In this document: positions 54,124 through 64,000 of the stretch, piece by piece
Position numbering within the stretch: position 1 is the first letter of the stretch
Layout: the number at the start of each line of letters is the position of its first letter
NCBI GenBank assembly: GCA_030295235.1
Contig: AP026126.1
Span: 930,001 to 994,000, forward strand
Direction: 5' to 3'
DNA: 64,000 nt
Origin: Fistulifera solaris
Lineage: Eukaryota
Translations under genes and position numbers: made by a program
Notes under the pieces: model-generated
What the model was told of the DNA's origin: nothing
The model's input: the letters and a program-made list of their open reading frames with translations, nothing else
Databases searched by the model: none

Positions 54124-57096
54124 TTATTCCCCTCTCAAGATCTCATTTGTGCTTTGTACAAGCTCAAGAACATCCGGCCGGATTGGTATTCCTTTCGAAC
54201 GAGTAAATTTTATACAATCTGAAAATTTCTCTTGATTGCCGAGCTTCCAAAATGCCAATGAAAGATCTGACACAAAAGCACTGTCGCTACAAACGTCTGT
54301 GCGCTCAGCCTCGTGTGAAACTCTCAGGATGAGATCGTTCCATTGCTTCGCATCTTGAGGTACGCCCGGTATCTTCATCATTTCGTCTGGAGAAGCATCA
54401 AGGGCACCATACACAATTGAACACAGTGTTGTAGGTTCAGCGACTAGTCCCTCTGACACGCGTGACTCAAACATAGCAATTGACAAAGCTAATTCTTTCA
54501 AATGAGATGTTTTTATGTCATTCCAGCGCATCAATCGACGTAGAAGAGGGAAGCCCAGGTTCTCCTTCAATATCCAATACTTGGATTGAAGCCATTCCGA
54601 TGGTTTTTTCCTCATTAGGCTGGCAATCTCATCCACAATATTTCGAAGAAGACGAACGTTTCCAGAATCCGGACCATCCGCAACAGCTTTCATAGCGATG
54701 ACACTGAGATGTTCTGAATTGCAGCCAGTGCTCAATGCCTGGCCATAGAGCTCCGTGACACCACTCCATTCTTTGTTGTTGGCCAACCCAGTTGCAACTA
54801 TTTCAAATATTTCGGGATTCAAGCAAGTGCGTGGCAGACTCTGAAAAAGGTCTAGCGCCTCTCTGATTTTCCCTTGTACGAAAAAAGAATCGGAGTGCGT
54901 GGTTGCAGCTCAGTATCCACGAGGTCTCATCTTTCGTCAGAGAAGCGCGCAGTTTCGATGCAATCAGCTGGTGCGAGAGTCTATCATTGCCAGTAGCGTG
55001 GGCTATCGCAATAGAAGCAGCAAGATAGGAATCGGTGAATGGTAGCGAGTGATCGCTTGAACCAGGCAGCACCGACTCAAGCCACTGAGACAAAACGAGA
55101 CCGACACCCGGCTCCGACATAATAACAGAGCATCTCATGCAGGTGGCAGTAGCATCCGATATCAGCCGCAAGTCTTCCGCCGAAAGTATTACCTGGCCTC
55201 TACTAGCTCCTAAAGATAAGGCTGCAACCCGTTGAACTCGTTCGAAGAGAATTTGCCATTCGTCCGATACGACTTTATTGTTCTGCGATCGTGCCCAATC
55301 ATAGACTTCTTGGACTTCCGCTGCAACTAGACCAGAATTTGTCTCCTCAAAGATCATGCATGCTTCGGCAAATGAATCGATACCACAGAGTGAAACCATA
55401 ATTGCAGTCAAGAGTTCCTCTTTGCTGCTACAAGGCACCGATAAAAGTCTAAGCAAGCTGTCGATACAACCTCTGTGTTGATTTCCAAAAGAGGATTCGA
55501 ATTTTACATATTGCTCGTAGCATGTCGCGAAAAGGATTTGGCTCAATACAGCGGCTCCAGGAAATCCCTGAGACGTACACGTGCGAATCACCGGGAGCAA
55601 TAACATGTGAAGGGACCCGTCTAACGTCTCAGAAGGCGGGCCAGTTTCGCCAAATGTAGATAAGAGATGCTCATCGTCACTGGCTAATAGCGATCGGTAA
55701 TGAAAATGGAAAGGTAACAGCGCGATACGTATTGCATCCCTCCAGTTTCCATCTTTTCACAAGCGAGAAGAGTGCCAAATAGAGCTTTTGACGATATCTT
55801 TGCTCCATCTTCTAAAACCGCATTTAGAATAGCCAGCGCCCTTTCACTCGTTCCCGTTTGACTTGTTCGACCCAATGCAATGAGGGCAAGATCCCGACAA
55901 AGAGGATGTAACCGATCTTCCCCGCCACTCCATTGCCATTCATTCGCCACGTGATTTGCATCGAGTAGTTCGTTGTATAGCCGAACTGCATGGTCATATT
56001 GTTCGCACAGGATACAGGCCTTCATACCGGCTGCGACCAGAGGCTTCAAATAAATTAGAAGAATCAATGCAACTGTACGGTCGCAAGCTTTTAACACATA
56101 CCTGACCAAATTTACCAGCGTTTGAAGCTTTGTTTAAAAAGTCAACCACACCTTGCCATTCACCAACTAGTCCCATCGCAGTTCCAGCAGCAATAACATC
56201 TGAAGGAAAAAGGTTAGATGAAATGCGGAATAAAAAGCCCCATGATCGTTCCTCCACTTACAACGATCCTGATCGGACGGAGATACCATAGACATGCGAA
56301 GTACTGCATCGAACACACGTTCGACGGCGGATCGCTTCTTTTGTTGGGCATCACGTGCTATTGCATACAAACCAATTGGCTCTGTGATCGAAATATCACA
56401 GGGATTGTAGCCAGCACGATTGGGGTCAATATGCCGCCAGAAAACATCGGCGGCTTCGGACCATCGCTGTTCACGACTTGCAGTGACAACAGCATATTCG
56501 CAATGATTATGTTGCAGCTCGATCTTCCATTCCTTTTCCATCAGATCAAGGAGACGTCGACACTCATCAAACGGCGACAGTTCATCGGAGTGCGCACCAC
56601 ACAAGCTCAGAAGCCTCAAGATTTCCTCCAACAAAACAGAGCATTCATGCCGGTGTTTTCCATTCGCTTTGATGACACCTAATCGAACCTGATGCTCGAA
56701 ATCAGAAATAATAGCTTTCAAGCTGTGAAACGCATCATTTCTACGACTGTCTTGATAATCCTGTTCCTGAGCCCATACAGGAGGTAGATCATTTAACCCA
56801 CCGATCGTTTGTTTCAAATCAACCACTCTCACGAGTATATCTCGAAGAATATCTTTTACAGCTTGTGGATTGCCTAGCTTTTTCAAGCTCTGGCCTTCTA
56901 CTTTGTTAGACACCAAATTCGACCCTCGCTCCTCTCGTTTCCGTACGTCTCTACCATCGGAACTTCGTTTATTCACTTTTGCGTGCTTGTCAGATGCAAA
57001 AGACGCGCGAGCAAATTGGTATACCTGGTCCTGATGGCTGCGTCGGCGCACATTTTTAGCGCCGATTTGGAGAAGATAAGCATGGGATCGAAACAT
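54124..57096 (-). CDS. Large alpha-helical repeat (PPR-like) protein with probable mitochondrial presequence
   Basis: Consecutive same-strand ORFs of helical character (e.g. AGMKACILCEQYDHAVRLYNELL) separated by introns and frameshifts; Arg-rich N-terminus MFRSHAYLLQIGAKNVRRRSH. Confidence 0.55.
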
Positions 57097-57331
57097 GATT
57101 CTTGCACCAAAGTAACAAAACTGGTCTTTTTCTTTTCTTTCTTTTCTATCAAATAATCGCATTACACTTTCTGAATTTATTGTCGTTTTGTGAACCACCA
57201 TGGTCGTGACGAAACCAGCTCATTCTTTGTCGAAATACTTGTACTTTGTATTTCATCGTGATTCTTGATGCGCGCGAATCCCGGGACTGATCGACGAGCA
57301 GACGATAAAATACGCGGAGACATGGAAACGG

Positions 57332-57397
57332 CGTTAAAATTCTGCCTCTTCGTAGATGCTACGTAGAAGATCTTCTACTAGAGGCAGAATTTTAACG
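57332..57397. repeat. 66-bp nested inverted repeat (18-bp perfect arms enclosing palindromes)
   Basis: CGTTAAAATTCTGCCTCT ... AGAGGCAGAATTTTAACG; internal GTAGAAGATCTTCTAC palindrome and CGTAG-atg-CTACG. Confidence 0.9.
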
Positions 57398-57472
57398 TCC
57401 TTTCTCGGAGTAAGGTTACGTACAAAGTAAGAATTACGGAGTAGTAGATAAGCTGCGTATGAATCACCGCTA

Positions 57473-58366
57473 TTATTTATCCTTTCCTTCTTTACATGTT
57501 CGTTTCGGTTCTTGTCTATAAAATAGTTCTAGTATTTCAGCATCTCAAGAATTAGTTGCTGCAATCGAAGCTAATGATAGCGCATCATCTAGAACAACAT
57601 GTTGTCGAGAATCCCCTACCAAGGACAGGAGTTGAATTTTGAGGTGGGGCCCTAAATTCAATTTTTGTTAAAGAAACATTTTGACCACTTGTACCGTTAC
57701 GGTATCTGGCGTTCGTATGTTAGGAAGATCTAGCTTATCAAGTTGATGTTCCAAGCAATCCGGTTCGTGACGGATGAGATCAAAGTCAATTATCATCGAG
57801 AGTCCATCCCGTAAACCCTCCGACGAAACTTGTCTATTTTTCTTCGATTGTTTTGTCCGGTTTAGCAGAATACCTTTCTGCAAAGACGTGGTTGCCAAAC
57901 TAGGAATATTGTGGAGTAATGATTCATCAGAGGCACACGCTTCCCCAAATATACCTTCAACAAGGCTATCAAACGCAGGATCCTGGAACAGCTTGCGCCT
58001 CGAAGGGATCGGAATTCGACACATGGGGCACTGTCCGGATGTCGTGCCCACCGTCAATGCTCGCTGGAAACACTCCTCGCAAAACCGATGTAAACATTCC
58101 ACGACAGCGGCCTTGTAAATTGTCTCCAAGCAAATGGCGCACTGAAAGCATTGTAACAGTGCATCTATCGGTCTCTCTATCTGTCCTGATTGAACTGGAC
58201 GCGGTTGGCGGTGCCACTCATACAAAGTGAGGCCATCTTCGCGATCGGGTTCCTGCCAATGGGACTTCTGGTGTAAAAAAGGCACCTTCTTGGAGCTTGA
58301 ATTGCGAGATGTTTTCTTCCTTTTGAAAAGAGGAGTAAAAAGATTTGTTTCCATCATCGCGTACAT
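57473..58366 (-). CDS. RING1: RING1/RNF2-like (PRC1) RING-HC protein; RAWUL-like C-terminus interrupted by in-frame stops (possible pseudogene)
   Basis: CAICLETI...ECLHRFCEECF..AL..G...CPMCRIPIPSRRKLFQDPAFDSLV matches the RING1 signature; frame continues past TAA (57668) and TGA (57545) to LELFYR. Confidence 0.7.
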
Positions 58367-58904
58367 TCACTTCACTTTTAGCAGTTGTTCGTCGACTAAT
58401 GTTCACTTTTGTGTTGCTTTCTTAAAGTGAGACCTCGCCATTAGAAAGTCTCTCTCTCTTCATTATCAGATGACCCTTCCATATCTGTTTCTTGAGCTAC
58501 GAGCTGGGAAGACCATTTTTGAACTCTGTGTCATTGTTATTTTGACACGATGTTATTGTGATTATTTGTGATCTCAACATGTCGTTTCTTTTGAGCCACG
58601 CTTACCAATGATATTTATAAGGGCTAGGGTTAATCGTAGTAAAGGTTGAAATCCGCATTAATAGGGATACGGGTTCGAAAGGCACATGACATTCGAAACT
58701 TGCCGTGATCCACATTTTCTCCGAATGATTTTTTTCATTTTTCCAAAACACAATCGTCATTCAAGTTAAAAGAGCTTGATGTCTCCTCCAGTGTTACCCG
58801 CTGCGTCCATTCGTTCGAGTTTCATTGAAAGTAGAGATCCTAAACAGAATCCGAGACAACGCGACGCACGAAAAGGGGTTCACAATATTGGTGCTACGAA
58901 ACAA

Positions 58905-60113
58905 ATGAAGACAAGCAAACTCCGTCGTGTAATTGGTGCTCTTGCACTTGTTGCTAGCTTCGCACGATCGAATCCGTTGCTGGACATGCTTGATTCCGCG
59001 TTACTTTATGATATACTGGAGTATCCAGGGAATTTTTCACACAGAGAGGAAGAAGAGTCATGTGAAAAGATGGTACACGCCTTGACACTTGAAGAGCAGG
59101 AGATTGCCGCCCGAACGTCTCACGCATACTGGTTAGCGTCGTTGAAGAACGAGTACGTTTCGGCGGAGACACGCTTGCGCGCCGCCAAAAAAGAAGCACG
59201 TCGCCACCTTGTCGCAGAAAAGGGAAAGTGGGAGGGTGCAGTGATTCGATTAAAAGAAATGTGTCGACTTCGAAAGGTAAGGACGAAAACGATGATGATA
59301 ACAATGGGACGCGTAGTTTTCAGTTTTCCTAAGCAACAAATGAACAGGAGAAGAAGTTGGATCTTTTACGTCAATGTTTTGTGGAAAATGCCGGCTCTTA
59401 TATTGTTAACGAGGAAGATCGTCACTTGATTCGTCAATGGGAAGAACAACTCCAAAGAGAAATGACACGCCAGGCCACATGGGTAAGCCCTAACGAGAAC
59501 AATCAGCACGCAATACTGCATCGGTCTTCCCGGACGACACCAGACTTGGACGAAGAAGCGTACCACCTTCTCACACTTTACGCCACCGAACATGCCCTGG
59601 CGACGAGCGAGTTACTTTCGAAAGGCCAAACAGAGACATGCACCCTCGTGCTGTATTTTGAAAATTACCTTTCCGATAATATGCCGCCACTCAGCGTAGT
59701 GCGTACTTCTTTGACGGAGTTGCAGTTGCTCTATCCGGAACGAATCACCAAAATTTTGGTTTTGAATCCCCCGCGCTGGCTCAGGATTACCTACCGAATC
59801 GTATCAATGTTTTTGTCGAGTGAAACCAGGAACAAGGTGGGTCACTAGAGAGTCATCAATTTCATTTGTTATCATGGGATACGTAGTACGAGTACGAAAG
59901 CATTAACGTCATCTTCTTGTGATTATGAAGGTTCAAATGATTTCAGGGAAAGACTCCGACATGACCGAAGAGGGTTTATGCAATGAACATTCACAGATCG
60001 AATACAACATGAAGCAGGAACATTTCCTTCTTAAGCCTGACGCAATTGCGAGCATTACGACTACCTTCGATACAAGTCCGCAGAACTGTTCACTCGTGGA
60101 TGCGACATCCTGA
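58905..60113 (+). CDS. CRAL-TRIO (Sec14-like) protein, paralog 2
   Basis: EEQEIAARTSHAYW, ELQLLYPERITKILVLNPPRW..MFLSSETRNKV; introns from 59277 and about 59837. Start may instead be 58986. Confidence 0.8.
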
Positions 60114-61042
60114 GTTTGCAGACAACGAGCGCTTCTTTCATCGCTGAAATTCTTTCGTCATTGAGAGTCAAGCACACGCTTGATTCATTTTCGCATTTTT
60201 CTTGTAGTTCATAATGGGTCACGACTCGTCTCTTTTTTTCTTGGTGAAAGCTTCTTGTCGCCTTTTCGCATCGCCAGCTCCAGCCATTCTCCCTGCGTCT
60301 CATCACTCGTCATCTCGCATGCCGCATTCGAATGTAGGATAAAACTATGTAATACCTCCTTGGAAACTATAACAAACAGGAACCCCACTTCTTCGAATGG
60401 TTGCATGTTGAAGGAGTTGCACGAAGCACGAAGCCCATTGGTTTCTCATTATTTCGGAGGACAGGCCCAGAGCACACTATTTCAAATTTCAAAATAATAT
60501 TATGACAAGGAAGTCTTGCTTCGTGGATGACCTTTTAGTCCCGACTTTTTTAAGACAAACGCAAAAGGCCAAGCTGTTTAGCCCCTCGTGCGTTGGGAGC
60601 ACGCCTGCCGGCCCACATTCCCGGATTTTTAGGCGCGATAGCGAGGTTTGTAAATTTTACTTAAAGGTGCAAATTTTGTTCTCCAGAACGCCATTCATGT
60701 TGTATCGACCATTTTCCATGAAAGAAATTTATTTCGCTCACAAACACGGACTCTCCGATTCAAAGTGGTAGTGAAGCGGTACTCATATGAAATAATCTCC
60801 TAACTATAAAATTCGCACATCGTGTCTGTATGTAATCAAATGACCAAGACCAGATTTTCGGTGCCGTTACGGACATTCATGTGGAGGGAATTCCCCAAAC
60901 TCAACGTTCGCATCATCACATTTTTCGCAACGAAGTCCACCAATCCGTTTACCTCGTCCCATCGACTTCGTGCGGCCTTTCGCTGCATTTTCAGTCGTCT
61001 CATTCATAACGTGTCATCAATTTATAGTTTTAGGTTACCAAG

Positions 61043-62045
61043 ATGAAAGGCTTTGAACCACTATCAAACCAGATGATCCGCGACATTTTGACCTTCCCTG
61101 GCGACTTCCAAGGCAAGGAAGAAGCGGCTTGCCGTCAGCTCGTGGGAGAATTGTCGAAAGAAGAAAGGGAATATTTTGCGCGTCGATCATACACTTACTG
61201 GTATGCTGTCATGACCGATGAACCTCTACCAGAGAAGACTATTATTCGTATAGCTAGAAGGGAAGCTCTCCCTATTTACAGGGGCAAGAAGCATGATTAT
61301 GCTAAGACCCTGGCAAGTATGCGAGCGATTATCAGCTTCCGAAAGGTAAGACGCACCGCGACGACCCATTTTAAAGAATATTCATCGAGCATATATCTCA
61401 CGTCAATTGATTCAGGAATACCGACTAGACTTGATGAGATGCTGCTTTTCTGGAGACTTGTCGAAATTTAAACTCTCGCTAACCGAGCAAAAACATGTAG
61501 TGCAAATGGAAAAAATGATTGAAACCGAACTGGAAAGACATCCTACTTTTATCAGTGGGCACGACGAGGAAGGTCACGCGAATCTGCACCGTTTGGTACG
61601 ACGAGACCCCGAAGTGAACGAAGATGAATTCGTTTTAGGAGCATTGTATGTTGCGGAACGCGCTCTGACGTCCACAGAAATTCTTTCGAAAGGAACAACG
61701 CACATGATCAACTGCCTCTTTCACCAAGATGGCTACAAATGTTCCCTTGCCCCGCCAGCGTCAGCAATGAAGCGCGTGGCAAAGCTACTTGCTCAGCTTT
61801 ATCCTGGGCAATGCAACAGTGTTTTTATTCTAGATGCACCTCTCTGGGCTCGCGCAGCCTACAATGTTATTTCGGTCCTTCTCCCATCGGATACCCGCAG
61901 CAAAGTACGTCTCACTAGTGGAAGATCGGATAAGGTACAGCGATATATGCCTCAGGTTGACTTGTCGAATGTCAACATCAAGCAAACCTTGTACGATGTT
62001 CCGTTTCATTGTTTATACCAATCTACGGTAAGGGTGGCACAATAA
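61043..62045 (+). CDS. CRAL-TRIO (Sec14-like) protein, paralog 3
   Basis: EEREYFARRSYTYW, GHDEEGH, LAQLYPGQ..ILDAPLW..LLPSDTRSKV, VPFHCLY; intron from 61346. Confidence 0.82.
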
Positions 62046-62153
62046 ATGCGCAACGTAAGATTGCAGCTATTCGAACCCTTGCACATGAGGCAAAAAAGTT
62101 TTAGAAAAAGATCAACAGCAAAGACAACCCTTTCTTACTCGCAAACATTGTTT

Positions 62154-63163
62154 TTATATCGTAAACTTTAATCGCCCCTCTCTTCGGCCCTTTATTGGTA
62201 GTCGGATGCAATAGAGTCCACCAGCGTGGGGTTCTTTCTTAGCATCTCTCCCCTCCGCAGCACTTGTGATGAAAAGGACGTCCATATCTTTGCCTCCAAA
62301 GCAGCAGCAAGTCACTTGCGATGTACCATCTGGCATGTGTACCGTGAACACAACTTGGCCACTTTGGGGATCGATGCGATGTACCATGCCTGGACCAGCA
62401 CCGGCTCGCCATACCGCATTCCAGACGTAGCCTTCGCTATCCACGCAACTTCCATCCGGGACGCTATGCTCGTCGATATTCTTCGTGTGCACAAGTGTCT
62501 TGTTGGATAGATCGCCAGATGTCGAATTGTAGTCAAACGAGTAAATTTGACGTGTCGGTGAGTCCGCAAAGTAGAGCTTGGAAGAGTCTGTACTCCAGCA
62601 AAGACTGTTGGCTGTAGAGACATTCTCAATAATGGGTCGATGGACTAGCGTTCCATCCGAGCTTTGCTCACACTGAAATACCTTCATCTTGATGTTAGAA
62701 TCTCCCCGTTGTGCCCACCTGAAAGGAATCGGTTACCCTGGGGTTCTACGCGCCCATCATTTAATCGACTACCACCCTTCATAGGATTGACATCCTCACC
62801 CACGCTTTCGCTACCAAGAGGCTTCTGTAATTCCACATCGTAGAGTTGAAAACCATCCTCCCAGGCAAACAAAAGAGGAAGTGATTCGCTTTCGATTTGG
62901 AGCAAGCCGAACGACCCTAATTGCTTCGGCAAATCATAAATCGTGTGAATAACTCTCGTATCATCCGTCAAATCCAGTTTGTGAAACCTTTTATGATTGA
63001 TATCCGACCAGAGAACGCAGTTCTTTCGGTCATCATAAATGATACCTTCGCCAAGATCGCAGCGACAATCGAGCAAAAGACGTGCCACCACAAAATCGCA
63101 GCGCTCCAGATCGACGGGAGTAATTTCCAAAAGACTCGATAAATTCATTCTCTCTGTTGTCAT
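62154..63163 (-). CDS. SMP-30/gluconolactonase/LRE (regucalcin-like) protein
   Basis: LGEGIIYD, RLNDGRVEPQG, NSLCWS..LYFADS, PDGSCVDSEGYVW, TCCCFGGKDMDVLFITSA; frameshift near 62690. Confidence 0.92.
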
Positions 63164-63611
63164 GGTGAGATTAATAGTAACATTAGATCAAATGAAATAA
63201 TGACAATAGCTTGCAATAGTATTACAACAAAGAGGCGGTAGGAGATGTCAAAGAAATGCGTGATTTTACTATAGCTTCAACGTGAAGGCGCCCTTTCTCC
63301 ACGACTGCATCTCAGTCATGAAACAAGATTCTCCCGAACGCCAATGCTACACAACCACCGCTCGTTCTGCTTGCCTTGTAAGCGAGAATTGTCGTGATCA
63401 TGATGCGGTTATCATCAAGACCTTTTTTATTGTAAAGCTTTTACTCTTCACTTCTCGAAAAGCCTTCGGATCGTGACAATCGGTATTTACTATGTACCCA
63501 GTGTGTCCTCTATTTTCCCATGACTGCATCTAAGCCATGAATCGTTCTCCCGATTATTATTCTGCGTTGGGGAGGAGGAGCGCACTGTGTGACCTTGTAC
63601 CTGGTAACCTA

Positions 63612-63862
63612 CTGCCCAGATTTTCTGTGCAGGTCGTCGTCTTGTCGCCTGCCCAAATAAATTTTCTGTGCAAGTAAAGACACCGCATAGCCAGATTTTC
63701 TGTGTTCCGTTTTTTTAGACACCACTCGCCCAGGTTTCTGGGCACGTGAAGGATCACCCCCCCCCCCAGATTTTCTGGGCAGTTGAAAACATCAAATTCC
63801 CAGATTTTCTGTGTACCGGTACTTAAATACACCTCTAGTTTAGATTTTCTGGGGACGATCCA
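63612..63862. repeat. Array of 7 palindromic CCAGATTTTCTG(T/G)G cores at 34-41 bp spacing
   Basis: Cores near 63617, 63654, 63692, 63731, 63767, 63801, 63841 with diverged intervening sequence. Confidence 0.88.
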
Positions 63863-64000
63863 CCAAAAGGTCATGAACTTTTTAATTTCAGTTCATGAAA
63901 TGAAATTAACGGTGTAAATCAATCTCGTCTACACTGTCAACGAATTAAAGCAAAAGCGCTAGTTAAAGATTTTTCGATCAATATTTGTGACGATACCTTT

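Noticed and set aside
58620..58690. Possible tRNA or Pol III gene (GGTTCGAA B-box-like; similar at about 23571)
   Set aside because: No acceptor stem or cloverleaf could be built by eye.
60061..60497. Short ORFs between CRAL-TRIO paralogs
   Set aside because: No motif or consistent frame; cannot support a gene call.
63612..63862. CRISPR array
   Set aside because: Core is only about 13-16 bp and degenerate, spacers are partly homologous to each other, there are no cas genes in the window, and the context is eukaryotic.

Overview
Compact, intron-containing eukaryotic nuclear DNA, almost certainly from a diatom (probably pennate). Evidence: short GT-AG introns of about 65-100 nt, short intergenic spacers, several bipartite plastid presequences with an A|F cleavage motif, and an RRL propeptide motif. 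About 30 protein genes are recognisable. They include SF3B2, GSNOR/class III ADH, glyoxalase II, DTWD1, organellar SSB, a CCCH zinc finger protein, an HCF101-like protein, plastid RRF, Vps34, PuuE allantoinase, a PA-TM-RING ligase, an acyl-protein thioesterase, an HMG-box protein, shikimate kinase, an FKBP-TPR-cyclophilin fusion, a UvrD/PcrA helicase, a multi-PAS hybrid histidine kinase, a RING1-like gene, three CRAL-TRIO paralogs and SMP-30. Many genes are split by single-base frameshifts, often at homopolymers, most likely unpolished long-read errors. The region at about 33-41 kb is gene-poor, with repeats and decayed coding remnants. The most unusual non-genic signals are: (i) three dispersed arrays of a palindromic CAGA-nnn-TCTG core at 34-52 bp periodicity, (ii) a recurrent intergenic CACGACTG-n5/6-CAGTCGTG hairpin, and (iii) a 66-bp T-shaped nested inverted repeat. 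A small spliced p97-adaptor-like gene (SHP box plus VIM) missing from the ORF track was also found. All functional calls come from motif recognition by eye; no database searches were run.
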